Positions 33,031-43,972 of a stretch of 64,000 nt of DNA are shown here, in pieces (positions within the stretch are counted from its first letter, which is position 1; each line of letters begins with the position of its first letter). A program made the position numbers and the translations under genes. The notes under the pieces were generated by a model that worked only from the letters and a program-made list of their open reading frames with translations, was not told the DNA's origin and did not search any database. Location: the NCBI GenBank assembly GCA_963705105.1, contig CAVPIW010000012.1:128001-192000 (forward strand), read 5' to 3'. The DNA comes from an uncultured Nitrospiraceae bacterium. Its GTDB lineage: Bacteria; Nitrospirota; Thermodesulfovibrionia; Thermodesulfovibrionales; Dissulfurispiraceae.

Positions 33031-34306
33031 TGAGGTAGGATGGAAAAAGTGGACACCAAAGTCGGTAAATTAAGAAAGACGGAGGTGTCAGAATGAAAGG
33101 GATTCCGCAAGGACGGTACACGAAGGAATTTCGAGAGGAAGCAGTGAAGATGATTGTGGAGACAGGCATGTCATTACCTGAAGTGGCCCATCGGTTGTCG
33201 TTGCCGCCATCTACGTTGGGCAACTGGGTCAAGGCGTATAAGGCCGGCAAACTCAAGGACATCGGCAAGAACTATCGGCCCCTCACCGAGATAGAGATGG
33301 AACTGGCAAGAGTCAAGAAAGAGCTTATAGAGACGAGGATGGAGCGGGACCTGTTAAAAAAGCGGCCGCGTACTTTGCGAGGGAGTCGCAGCCAGGTACG
33401 CGATGATGAATGAATTGCGACTCGAGTATCCGATCCCGTTTATGAGCCGTGTTTTTGATGTATCGGCGAGCGGTTATTTTGCCTGGGTCAGTCGGCCCGC
33501 GTCCGCCCATGCCAAAGAGGAGGCGCGGTTGGAGGTCGAGATACAGGCGGCACACGAGCGCACACGAGGGACGTATGGTGCGGAGCGTCTGCAGAAGGAT
33601 TTGGCAGCCCACGGGGTGAAAGCAGGAGTGAGCCGAATGAAGGGATACGCAGGAAATTGGGGATACGGTGCAAACAAAAGCGGCGGTTCAAGGTCACAAC
33701 GGACTCGCGGCATACGTTACCTGTGGCGGACAATCTGCTACAGCAAGACTTTGAGGCGACGGCACCGGGCCGCGTGTGGGTCAGCGACATCACGTATATC
33801 CCGACGGAGGAAGGGTGGCTATATCTTGCAGCGCATAAGGACCTTTTTGCGGGAGAGATTGTCGGGTATGCGATGGGGGAGAGGATAACACAGAACCTTG
33901 TCAGGGAATCGTTGTTACGAGCAATCTGGGCGAAACATCCTCCTGCAGAGCTCATACACCACTCTTACCGGGGCAGTCAGATTGTGCGCATGACTACAGG
34001 AAGCTGCTGAAACACTGAAGATGAATGCCTCGATGAGCGGGACGGGCAACTGCTATGACAACGCGCCGATGGAGAGCTTCTGGGGAGTGTTCAAAAGTGA
34101 ACTTGTGCATCACAGGCGGTCTGAGGCAGAGGACGAGAGGCGATTCGGGAGATCACCGAGTATATCAAGAGGTGTTCTACAAATCGGCAGCGGCGGCGGG
34201 CAAGACTTGGGTATACTTGGCCTCCCTACTCTTTTTGAAAAAGCATACCATATGAATGCACAGGCAGCATGAGAGGTTTGGTGTCCACTATTGACAACCG
34301 ACCCCA
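33031..34306 (+). mobile_element. IS3-family element B (frameshifted)
   Basis: Ends TGAGGT..AGTGGACACC / GGTGTCCACT..ACCCCA; YTKEFREEAV, WVSDITY, CYDNAPMESF. Confidence 0.88.
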
Positions 34307-34905
34307 GGGTCAGTCGGCCCGCGTCCGCCCATGCCAAAGAGGAGGCGCGGTTGGAGGTGAGAGAATACAGGCAGCACACGGCAAGGTCCCCGAGGGACGT
34401 ATGGTCCGGAGCGTCTGCAGAAGGATTTGGCAGCCCAGCAGGGGTGAAAGCAGGAGTGAGCCGGATCAAGAAGAGGATACGCAGGAAATTGGGGATACGG
34501 TGCAAACAAAGAACGGGGAGTTTGAGGTTCACAACGGACTCGCGGCATACGTTACCTGTGGCGGACAATCTGCTACAGCAAGACTTTGAGGCAACAGCAC
34601 CGGGCCGCGTGTGGGTCAGCGACATCACGTATATCCAAACAAGGAGGAAGGGTGGCCATATCTTGCAGCGCATAAGGACCTTTTTGCGGGAGAGATCTGG
34701 GGTATGCGATGGGGGAAAGGATGACACAGAACCTTGTAGGGAATCGTTGTTACGAGCGATCTGGGCGAAACGTCCTCCTGCAGGGAGACTGATACACCAC
34801 TCTGACCGGGGCCATCAGTATTGTGCGCATGACTGCGGGAGCTGCTGAAACACTTGAAGATGAATGCCTCAATGGGCAAAGGCGGACTTGTTATGACAAC
34901 GCGGG
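34307..34905 (+). mobile_element. Partial, noisy second copy of IS3-B orfB
   Basis: Repeats 33485 onward (gggtcagtcggcccgcgtcc...) directly after the right end of the first copy. Confidence 0.75.
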
Positions 34906-35230
34906 GGTGAAGCTTGTCGGGAGTGTTGAGAAAAATAAACTATAATCACAGCAACGAGCAGTAGGAAATAACGGTGAAAACGATCCAGTGAGGCAGAAAA
35001 GCTTCATTATAATTCACCACTGCTTTTGTAAAAGCCTACTACTCCATCTGATCCCACCAGGTGAGAGGTTAGATAAACATTTTAGAACGACCCAGACTGA
35101 ATGATCTTAGGGTCTAGGTTGACCAGGCTTACAATGACTGAGCAAGCTGAGAGGAAATAATTCCTTTAATTGGGATATGCCATTGTTTTCCAGTAAATTA
35201 TTATTTGAAAATCTTCTCATTTCCTCATTA

Positions 35231-37832
35231 GAGGCCAGATAAAAAGTGTGTAAATGGGTGAAAAGGCGGTGTATCCTTAATCTGTTGACTTGGAACAAGA
35301 ACAGAGAAAGGAGACACCACCATGGAAAAGAGTATCAGCGAGGCGGTCGAGCCGTCAAAGGCGACATACGAGGCATTGAAAAGATAGTTCGGCAGAGAGT
35401 TCAGGAGGATATTCAGACATATGGAGGAAGAAGTCGAGATATTTTTAGGGAGGAGCAAATCCGAGAGGATCAAGAAGGTGGACGGCACCGGGGGCAGTGG
35501 AACGGACACGGGAAGCGGAAGAAGTTCAGGCTGATGAACGGGACGAGATGCCGGCGGCCCCGTGTGCGCGGAGCAGAGAGAGATTTGAGAGCGCGGTGTT
35601 GCCTTTTTACATGGTCGGTCAAAGAAGTGGGGCAGTTCCTGCCGGAACTGTATCTCCACGGACTTGCGCAGGGGGATTTTGAACTTAGTGCTTCGGGGGT
35701 TATTGGGAGAATGGGCGGCGTTGTCGTCCTCGTCGATCCAGCGGCTGAAGGGCAAGTGGTGGTGCGAATACGACGAGTGGAAGGGTCAAGATCTTTCCGG
35801 GCTTGAGGTGTCTATCAGTCGGCGAACCGGATATAGGTGAAGGCCGGATAGGAGAAGGACAAAGCAGCATTGCTGGTGATCTTCGGTGCACTGGTGACAG
35901 CGGAAAAGGCGCTATTGGCCTGCAAGAGCGGGTATCGGAGAGCAGGAATCCTCGGCGGCGGACCTGAGGGATTGACCGCTGGGGACTGAAGCTGGCACAT
36001 TGACGGTTGCCGATGGCCATTTGGGAATATGGTCAGCTTGGTGAGCTTCATCCCAAGGGCAAAGAGCAGCGGTGCTGGAACCATAAGATAACCAACGTGC
36101 TGGATGCGATGCCCAAGAGGATACGTGCCGAGGCGGGAGAGTATCTCACCAGGATACCCTATGGGAGACGCAGGAAGTGTGGAGGCTCCGGGACAGCTTT
36201 ATCAGCCGGTATGGGAGGGATTTCCCGAAGGCGACGAAGACCCTGAGGAGAGATTGGGAGCGAATGGTGACGTTCTATTCATTGCGAAAGAGCACTGGGT
36301 GCATATCAGGACGACCAATGTGGTGGAGTCACCGTTCAGCGCGGTGCGTTTGAGAACGGATGCGGCGAAGCGGTATAGGAAAGTCCAAAACGCGACGGCA
36401 ATGATCTGGAAGTTGCTGGGAGTCGCTGAGAAGAGATCCGCAGTTCAAGGGATATTGGTTACTCAGGGATGTCTACGAGGGGAAGCTCTTGGCGGTGACC
36501 CCAAAAACTGGACAGTGTGCTAAGCTCTGATTCAGACCACTCATGGAGGAGCTGAGATGAGCAAGAAACGAAAGCAACACAGTTCCCAATTCAAGGCGAA
36601 GGTCGCGCTGGCCGCATTACAGAACGAAGAGACCGCTCAACTGGCCAGTCGCTTCGACATCCACCCGACAATGATCTCCACCTGGAAGCGGCGGCTGCTC
36701 GACAGCGCCGCTGAGCTTTTCGACAAGAACCACAAGTCCCGCAAGCAGGTCGAGGGCCAGTTCGATGGCTCTACCCGCAGTTGGCCGGTCAAGGTAGAAA
36801 ACGATTTTTTAGCACGAAAGCTCGCTCTTGAGCAGCCAGCAGCGAAAGCAGATGATCGAACCTGAACTTCGCGAGCCGAGCATCTCCCGCCAATGCCAGT
36901 TGCTGGGATTGAGCCGGTCCTCGTTCTACTATGAGCCGTGCCCGGTTAATCCCGAGGACCTGGACCTCATGCGCCTGATCGACGAGCAGTACCTGAAGAC
37001 CCCGACCTACGGCAGCCGGTCGATGGCGCGGTATTTCCGCCGACAGGGCCGTAAGGTAAACCGCGAACGCATCCAGCGGCTGATGCGACTGATGGGCATC
37101 GAGGCGATCTACCCCTAGCCGGCACCAACCAGCCCGTCGGGGCACAAAATTTATCCTATGTGCTCAGGGACCTGAGGATCGACCATGCCAACAAGGTGTG
37201 GGCACTCAATCACGTACGTTCCTATGGCACGTGGCTTTATGTACTGGTGGCGGTCATGGACTGGCACAGCCGAAAATTGTCCTGGCGTCTTCCAATACCT
37301 GGACACGGATTCTGCGATCAGGGCCTCTGGAAGCCCTGAGCAGCTATGGGCGGCGGAAAATTTTCAACACGGATCAAGGAGCCAGTTAACGAGCAAAGTT
37401 TCACTCAAATCCTCAAGGACCAGGAGTCGCGATCAGTATGGACGGCCGTGGTAGGTCCCAGGACAACATCTTTGTTGAACGGCTATGGTGGACCATCAAA
37501 CATCACTACCTTTACCTGCATTCGTTCGGCGGCGGTTCTGAGTTGCGTCAGGGGTTAACCAACTGGATACGCTTTACAACGAACAGCGCGGGCACTGTTC
37601 TCTTGACGACCGTACCCCGGATGAGGTTTACTATGGACTGCCTCACCCATTCGCCGAGGCTGCCTGATGCTTCATAAAGAATTTAACAATGAACTCAGAG
37701 CTTATCCCACCCATCAGGCTGTCCAAACAATAGGGTCCACCGCCTTCACTGACGGCGTTGCCATCGAGCAGGAAGGGTCTGTCGAAAGGATCGCCGCCTG
37801 ATGGCTTTTTACACACCTATTGACATGACCTC
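35231..37832 (+). mobile_element. IS256-family element (frameshifted) containing a nested IS3-A
   Basis: Ends GAGGCCAG..AAGTGTGTAAA / TTTACACACC..ATGACCTC; QRCWNHK, HIRTTNVVES; the frame resumes after 37744 (FTDGVAIEQEGSVERIAA*). Confidence 0.8.
36491..37744 (+). mobile_element. IS3-family element A, copy 2 (many indels)
   Basis: Same TIRs and ORFs as 30519-31942; flanked by TT on both sides. Confidence 0.88.
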
Positions 37833-37857
37833 TATTCATATCCTTTGGTCAATATGT

Positions 37858-37951
37858 GCATAACGCTGATGCTAAGGGGCGCGGAGCAACCACGCCAGAA
37901 CTGAAAATGAAAAACGGCAATCCTGCATCCCTCTTTAGCACCTTGTTATGT
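37858..37951 (-). other. attC site
   Basis: ACATAAC..TGCTAAAG...CTTAGCA..GTTATGC. Confidence 0.85.
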
Positions 37952-38249
37952 TTAGCCTTTCATTCTTATTGTCAGCAGTGCCAGCAGAACGCCAATTGCG
38001 CTCAGTCCCAAAATAATAATTCATGTTGGCGACCTGTAATAATGCCTTTTGATAGGATGCACTTTTCCATACCCATTTTGCATATGGAATCATAGCTGCA
38101 AGAAACATGACGTTAAGACCGACAAGCACGATTCCATTCCGTAAATCAGTCTCCTCAGATTTCAGCATGAAAACCGTCGAAATCTGAAAAACCACTAAGA
38201 TAAACAATAGGATGTCAAATATAAATTGTTCTTGTTTATTCCAATACAT
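37935..38249 (-). CDS. Two-TM hypothetical protein (cassette)
   Basis: ATG within core GTTATGT; bounded by attC sites. Confidence 0.55.
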   Translation of the reverse strand: MYWNKQEQFIFDILLFILVVFQISTVFMLKSEETDLRNGIVLVGLNVMFLAAMIPYAKWVWKSASYQKALLQVANMNYYFGTERNWRSAGTADNKNERLNITRC

Positions 38250-38336
38250 AACAACCGAAATGAGGCGCAGGGGCAAAGACCTGAAACTGAAAAAGAACAG
38301 GCGTTATTCCCTGTCGCCGCGATTTTTTTGTTAAGG
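38246..38336 (-). other. attC site
   Basis: CCTTAAC..GGCGACAGGG...CCCTGCGCC..GTTATGT. Confidence 0.85.
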
Positions 38337-38339
38337 CTC

Positions 38340-38914
38340 TCCCTCTTTTTGTTGTTTTCTATTCTTCATTTATTGCAGAGATATGAGCCAGCGAAGGCAA
38401 AAAAATAAGTCGCGAGAAACTGGCCAACCAATACCATTATAATTTTCTGATTGAGCGATATGTGAAGAATAGATTGAAACCGGATGACTGGATCGTTTAC
38501 GGCAAAGGAAATACCGGGAGAATACCTGCGAATATCCATGTTTTTGTCAATGCACCGCTGATTAGTCCGATTAAGCCAAATACGATTAGACAGACGAAAA
38601 AGGCTGAGCCAAAGGTTACGATTTCCTCCATTTTTACAGATTGCATAATTATATTTTCAAACTCCTTTTTGTCCTCGGGAGAGAGATTTCAAGCCAGGCT
38701 TTGCTTTCGCTTCTTGAGGCTGATTCGGAAATGCCGTGCTTTTTCATGAATGCGGTTACTTCATTTAATTTTGATGGATTTGAAATGGCTTGCCAATCTT
38801 TATGCCGCCAAGTGCGCCATGCAAACCACCCCATACACCCTCCGTAAGAAGCCACATGACCGGAATTAGCAACAGATAGACAATGAGCAGCCTTTTATAA
38901 GTATCCTTATTCAT
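38340..38914 (-). CDS. Cassette with one or two small membrane proteins, frames broken
   Basis: Hydrophobic frames from ATG ~38914 and ~38646, both interrupted; bounded by attC sites. Confidence 0.35.
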
Positions 38915-38925
38915 ATTTATTTGCA

Positions 38926-39016
38926 CCTTAACGAAATGGCTGAGCCGCAGGGGAAATATAATTAATAAAAAAATACCTACAGTTAATCCCCTGGCGGATC
39001 GAGCCAGGTGTTATCT
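38926..39016 (-). other. attC site
   Basis: AGATAAC..CCGCCAGGGG...CCCCTGCGG..GTTAAGG. Confidence 0.85.
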
Positions 39017-39032
39017 TTTGAGTTTTATTTTT

Positions 39033-39257
39033 TCATTGTTTGTTTTTATTCTTGTAGCCAAAAAGGACAAGGCCGGCAAGACCGCCTAATATTGCAGAAG
39101 CAAATGTGGCCATGAACCACCAGCCGTATGGATTCCAGCCTTCAGTTTTGTCCAAGATATAGAAACATACACCAGTAATAATGGTAGCGAGGACCATTCC
39201 CGAAATGACGAAGAGGATAGGATTTCCTTTTTTAGTATTTTGCCCTATATATTCCAT
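39033..39257 (-). CDS. 74-aa two-TM hypothetical protein (cassette)
   Basis: Two hydrophobic helices; fills its cassette. Confidence 0.7.
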   Translation of the reverse strand: MEYIGQNTKKGNPILFVISGMVLATIITGVCFYILDKTEGWNPYGWWFMATFASAILGGLAGLVLFGYKNKNKQ

Positions 39258-39276
39258 TTGTCTTATTTAATTTTGA

Positions 39277-39366
39277 AGATAACGCCGCGATTCATCGAGT
39301 CGCGGCAAGTAAAGTCTCCATTTCGACGGCCGTCGACCGCGACTTCGATGCAATCGATTGTTCGTC
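39277..39366 (-). other. attC site
   Basis: GACGAAC..CATCGAAGTCGCGG...CCGCGACTCGATG..GTTATCT. Confidence 0.88.
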
Positions 39367-39368
39367 GA

Positions 39369-39776
39369 TCATTCGGAGTTGCGCGTTCGGTTAGGCCATC
39401 CTCGCGTAGCACCTGGTCCATCTGGAGGATCGGTCAAGTATACCGCACGAATGGGTTCTGCAATTGGCGTAAACGATGGATCATTTACATCAATCGGCGT
39501 CCGCGTGCCACGGAAGTACACGGTTCCGCCATGAGCAAGGAATGCTCGTAGTGCCTTGCGAACCAATTCGATCGCAAGGCACAACGATTGAAACGAGTCT
39601 TCGCCACCATGTCGAGTTTCGGGAAACAAGGGTTCCAACGCAACGGGACATTCAACGTAACTTCTTCCGCTTGTATTCGTTCGTTCCAGAGGACGACCGA
39701 TTTCTAGCGTCGCGACAAAATCTACGCCGTGTTTGTCACGGCAGTCAAAAGTTGTTGTCGCAATGATCTCTTCCAT
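39369..39776 (-). CDS. Hypothetical protein, DUF6968-like (cassette)
   Basis: LEIGRP..CPV..GGEDSFQSLCLAI; fills its cassette. Confidence 0.65.
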   Translation of the reverse strand: MEEIIATTTFDCRDKHGVDFVATLEIGRPLERTNTSGRSYVECPVALEPLFPETRHGGEDSFQSLCLAIELVRKALRAFLAHGGTVYFRGTRTPIDVNDPSFTPIAEPIRAVYLTDPPDGPGATRGWPNRTRNSE

Positions 39777-39787
39777 TGGTTTAATTC

Positions 39788-39845
39788 GACGAACGATTGA
39801 AATCAGCGGGGGCGATAAGCCATCCGCTGGAGTGATTTGTTATGC
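39788..39845 (-). other. attC site
   Basis: GCATAAC..CAGCGG...CCGCTG..GTTCGTC. Confidence 0.85.
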
Positions 39846-39856
39846 ACGGAATTGCA

Positions 39857-40078
39857 TTACTTTGGTCGTGAAGTTGCTTCCGCTTTTGATTTTGCACAAG
39901 TTGTGCATACTATTTTCATTGGGTTCTTGGTTCTTGATAGTTGGTATAGTGCTCCAACTCCAAAACAGATCCTGCAGGTTAGTCTATTGCATTCCGTGCA
40001 AATACCGCCCCCGAGCGTATCGAAGTTTGCTCCGCAAACGTGGCATATCCAGGGTATAATCTCTTTTTTATTTTGCAT
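39857..40078 (-). CDS. 73-aa zinc-finger-like protein (cassette)
   Basis: Four CxxC pairs: CHVC, CTEC, CRIC, CTTC. Confidence 0.75.
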   Translation of the reverse strand: MQNKKEIIPWICHVCGANFDTLGGGICTECNRLTCRICFGVGALYQLSRTKNPMKIVCTTCAKSKAEATSRPK

Positions 40079-40137
40079 AACATACGGCTCACCTGGAGCC
40101 GGCTTTTTCGGCGATCAGGTGCAGCCGGTCGTTGGGC
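40075..40137 (-). other. attC site of the first cassette
   Basis: GCCCAAC..GGCTGCACCTG...CAGGTGAGCC..GTTATGC; R'' matches GTTGGGC at 42014. Confidence 0.88.
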
Positions 40138-40264
40138 AATTGTATCATTTCTTCTCCTTGTCTTCTGTCAAGGGCTGACCCCACTGCTCTCCTTGTTATT
40201 ATTCAGTATTCAGTTTCAGCTTGACAGGAGGAATACAGGATGTCCCCTATTTTCCCGCTCTTGC

Positions 40265-40942
40265 TCAATAGCCCGTTATTGACACCGGTATATCCGATCC
40301 GGGACTCACCCCTTTCTTTCCTTTCGTCTCACAGTCCCGCTTCTTATAGGTGCAAAAGGCCCCTGCCTTGTATCGGTTGGTCACATTCTTCCCATCCCAG
40401 CACACCGCCACCATCCCCAGGGTACTGGCATTGCATCGAGCCGGCTCGGGATTGGAGGAGCCTTCCAAAAGGACATCGTCATAGCCTTCACAGGGATCTC
40501 CGAGTGACTCGTAAACCCACCTCCTCAGGCTGGGAGGCTGGCTGGCTGAGCGCTCACCGCTATCAAACATCTCACTCTTGCCGAAGTCTCTAGGGAATAA
40601 CTCGATGTGTTTTGGTTTTACTCCAGAATGTTCAGCAATAAAGATCCTGACAATCGGTTGAGGACGAGGGCTGGTACGGCGGGCATCAAAAAAGACCTCA
40701 TTCCTCCCATAAAACAAGAAATTATACAAAGATTTCTTTGTATTTGGAGGAACCTCCTCCACTCTCTCTACATTGGAATGACGATCGGTTGAAATGACTG
40801 TTATTGTGGCATTGGTGTTGTTGTGGACAACCAGGACTTGAGATGATGCGGCAGCTAAACTGGGCAGGAGGTATAGTGATAATGTCACAATCATGAAGAC
40901 CATTGTCATGAGATTTAAAGCATTCCTGTAGATTCTATGCAT
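40265..40942 (-). CDS. Exported protein with a Cys-rich C-terminal domain
   Basis: GGAGG RBS, signal peptide, five Cys in the last ~70 aa. Confidence 0.7.
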   Translation of the reverse strand: MHRIYRNALNLMTMVFMIVTLSLYLLPSLAAASSQVLVVHNNTNATITVISTDRHSNVERVEEVPPNTKKSLYNFLFYGRNEVFFDARRTSPRPQPIVRIFIAEHSGVKPKHIELFPRDFGKSEMFDSGERSASQPPSLRRWVYESLGDPCEGYDDVLLEGSSNPEPARCNASTLGMVAVCWDGKNVTNRYKAGAFCTYKKRDCETKGKKGVSPGSDIPVSITGY

Positions 40943-41098
40943 TCTGTTCCTCCTTTTTTGAGTTGCTCTCATTAATTTGGGCAGCAATGATTTCTTCCCA
41001 GCGCCCTGCTGGTTGTTGCAGCCACTCATTCTGATTCAGCCTTTCTGTAGCGAAGGCGGAGCATAACCTGTTGGCAATGGAATCTTCGACGGACAACA

Positions 41099-41977
41099 CT
41101 ATTGTCTCTCCTCCGCTGCGAGCATGAGATATATGAAAGCCGTTGCCTCTATATGCATTTCCCCGTTCCCGAAGCTGTCTAGACATTCGTGAATCTTCGT
41201 ACCGAAGGTATTGGCAGCCTTTCTGAGCGCACCTCGATCTTGAGCTGACATTCGGCAAATGAAATACTCCCGGCAACAATCATCACCGATGCCATATCGC
41301 AAGGCCAACGGTATCAGTGTGGCGAACTGACTCGGAATGTTATTCGTTCTGAATGACTTGTTGAGAGTGTCACGAAATTGCCGGCAGACTGTCGACTCGT
41401 CTTGGCGCAACTGGCTCCTTCGTGTAGCACTGTGAGAATTGAGAATTCTTTCTTTCTCGTCCCATACCCACGAATCAAGTAAGTGGCGAGTACGGATGAA
41501 GGCGTTCCGAACCACAGTCTCCGGATCAGCGTCGAGACCAGCACTTAAGAGGCCTCTTCTAACTGAGGCAACGTCAACCCCTCGGCGCTGTGCAGCCGAT
41601 GCAATAAGTCGTATGGTGTCTTCCGTGCGCCCAGTCAAGCACATCAGCGTAATGAAGTACACTTCATAGATTCGATTGCGGGGATTGAGGCTAATATGTG
41701 CCTTGCCCCATTCAGCAGTTGCCTCTGCCATGGACTTGTCATTGTCAACAAGAAGTCTCCCCAGTGCTGCATGAGCTCTTACATGTCTTGGTGATAGTGC
41801 TATTGTCTTGCGGAGAGACTGAATGGCTTTGACACGTGATGCTTTGTTGTTGGTTCGCAGGTGCCTGTTCAGCAGTAAGATGCCCAGCTCGTATTGAGCC
41901 ACTGCCCTATCAGGAGCAGAATCCGCCGCCTCCTGAAACTGCGATAGTTCCTTCATGGTGAGATCAGGATTATTCAC
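41099..41977 (-). CDS. TPR-containing protein (first gene of the array)
   Basis: AQYELG..LRKTIALSPRHVRAHAALG TPR-like helices. Confidence 0.7.
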   Translation of the reverse strand: MNNPDLTMKELSQFQEAADSAPDRAVAQYELGILLLNRHLRTNNKASRVKAIQSLRKTIALSPRHVRAHAALGRLLVDNDKSMAEATAEWGKAHISLNPRNRIYEVYFITLMCLTGRTEDTIRLIASAAQRRGVDVASVRRGLLSAGLDADPETVVRNAFIRTRHLLDSWVWDEKERILNSHSATRRSQLRQDESTVCRQFRDTLNKSFRTNNIPSQFATLIPLALRYGIGDDCCREYFICRMSAQDRGALRKAANTFGTKIHECLDSFGNGEMHIEATAFIYLMLAAEERQ

Positions 41978-42007
41978 GGGTCATCTCGAAGTCATGTCCT
42001 TTGTTCT

Positions 42008-42190
42008 GCCCAACAGCGGCCCCTGATGGGGCGAGGCCTCCTTATTGTCGTTCATAGTCCCTGCCCATTGTATTTGTCGTTATTTATCGTGGGCAGGGAT
42101 ATTTTAAATATCCTCGCCCCATCAATTAATATGGCAAATCGGTATTTCTTTCATCCCATAACTTTACCACAAAAAGCGCCGATAACCAAA
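42008..42190 (-). other. attI region (exact site unresolved)
   Basis: Lies between intI and the first cassette; candidate cores GTTGGGC (42014), AAAGTTATGG (42162), GTTATCG (42186). Confidence 0.55.
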
Positions 42191-42279
42191 GAAAAAAGAA
42201 AATACATTAAAACAACGGAAACGAATTTGAGTTTATGGTAAATTGTGGTAATATATAGAAAAGATAAAGTTGGTATATT

Positions 42280-43593
42280 GTGAGAAATGCGTCACATGAC
42301 AGCCGGGAACAGCTTCCTGATTTTCAGTCCTTTCTTCGGGAACGTAAGCTCGTGCCCGAAAAGAACATCCCCTATTTCGCCTATTGGGTGAGCCGCTTCC
42401 TCTCCTTTGCGCGAAAGCGTGACATTGACGCTTCGGAATATCGCGAATCGGCCGTCATCGAGTTTGTTGAATCGCTCAGGGCCGACACGCGCGTGCTCGA
42501 CTGGCAGCCGCGTCAGGCCGAAGATGCACTGAAGCTCTACTACGTCAATTTTCTCGGCAAGTCGCCGGCGCCTGCTGCCGGGGCAGCGCAGTCCGATTCC
42601 GTACCGGCGGTGCTCAAGGAGGTCAGGCGCCACCTCAGGCTGAAGCATTATTCCTACAGCACGGAGCGGACGTATCTGCAATGGGCGGAGCGGTTTTTCT
42701 CGTATGCTCTGCAATCCGGACAGAAGGGCATCGCCGATTTGTCTTCAAAGGATGTCAGGGACTTTCTCAGCCATCTCGCCCTGAAGCAGAGGGTTTCGGC
42801 CTCGACGCAGAATCAGGCCTTCAATGCGCTCCTGTTTCTCTTCCGCCATGTCCTGGGCAGGGAAACGGGGGATCTCGGTAACACGGTGAGGGCGAAGCGG
42901 GGCCCGAAGCTGCCCGTCGTGCTGACGGTCGAGGAGGTGAAACAGCTCCTTTCCGCCATGAAGGGGACGACGCGGCTCATGGCGGAGCTGCTGTACGGGA
43001 CGGGCCTCCGTCTTATGGAGCTTGCCCGTCTGCGCGTCAATGACATCGACTTCGATGCATATACCGTTTTCGTGAGGAGCGGGAAGGGCGACAAGGACCG
43101 GTCGACGATGCTGCCGGAGGCGGTCAGGGAGCGTATGCGGGAGCATCTTCAAGGGGTGAAGGCGGTGCACGAGCGGGATCTCGGCATGGGATACGGGGAG
43201 GTCCACCTGCCCGATGCCCTCGGCCGCAAGTATCCGAATGCGGGGAAGGAATGGGCCTGGCAGTTTGTGTTCCCGTCGGTGAAGCTGTCCGTCGATCCCC
43301 GGACGGGAAGGGTGGGGCGTCATCACATCAGCGATACGGCGATCCAGGAGGCGGTGAAGCGTGCGCTGGGGAAGGCCGGCATCGCTAAGCACGCGTCGGT
43401 CCACACGCTCCGCCACAGCTTTGCGACCCATCTGCTGATGGCCGGGGTGAACATCAGAGAGGTGCAGTCCCTTCTCGGTCACAAGAACGTGGAGACGACG
43501 ATGATCTATACGCATGTGCTGAGGGACCTGTCGAATGCGCCCACAAGCCCGCTCGATGCATTGTATACGACCCAGCCTTCCGAAGGTCGATGA
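42280..43593 (+). CDS. intI: Integron integrase with N-terminal extension
   Basis: SASTQNQAFNAL, YGTGLR, GKGDKDR, IntI-specific VHLPDALGRKYPNA..WAWQFVFPS, HTLRHSFATH, LGH..TTMIYTHV. Confidence 0.97.
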   Translation: MRNASHDSREQLPDFQSFLRERKLVPEKNIPYFAYWVSRFLSFARKRDIDASEYRESAVIEFVESLRADTRVLDWQPRQAEDALKLYYVNFLGKSPAPAAGAAQSDSVPAVLKEVRRHLRLKHYSYSTERTYLQWAERFFSYALQSGQKGIADLSSKDVRDFLSHLALKQRVSASTQNQAFNALLFLFRHVLGRETGDLGNTVRAKRGPKLPVVLTVEEVKQLLSAMKGTTRLMAELLYGTGLRLMELARLRVNDIDFDAYTVFVRSGKGDKDRSTMLPEAVRERMREHLQGVKAVHERDLGMGYGEVHLPDALGRKYPNAGKEWAWQFVFPSVKLSVDPRTGRVGRHHISDTAIQEAVKRALGKAGIAKHASVHTLRHSFATHLLMAGVNIREVQSLLGHKNVETTMIYTHVLRDLSNAPTSPLDALYTTQPSEGR

Positions 43594-43639
43594 GGGCGCA
43601 TTTCTCCGTCTTGCTCATCACTTCTCCTCACCCGGCTTT

Positions 43640-43807
43640 GCCGCAGGAAAGGCGTGCCGAAGCGCACTGAAAAACAGTGTCAGTGACAGTGTGAGTGTCA
43701 GTAAAGGTTCATTTTTTCAACAGTCGGTAAGGTGTCGCCGCAGCAAGGTTTTCGGCGCATTCACCCCAGCCCCGCCTTTCCGGAGACCCTATTGCAACGA
43801 TAAGGTT
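43640..43807 (-). repeat. MITE-like repeat, copy C
   Basis: Reverse complement of the family sequence with an internal deletion. Confidence 0.85.
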
Positions 43808-43972
43808 CACTCTTCCAGGGAATGGCGTCAACTCCCGGGACAATGACGGCTGCAGTGGCGGCGCCGGGAGGAGGATAAGGTATAATTAAATCAGCGTTGT
43901 TCGGCTTCAGCGACTCCATGATCTCAATGACTTAATCGACTCAATCAACTTAATTACTTATTACTTCGTATT

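Noticed and set aside
37858..40137. Periodic palindromes as a CRISPR array
   Set aside because: Units differ in sequence and length, are separated by genes and carry attC cores; no cas genes
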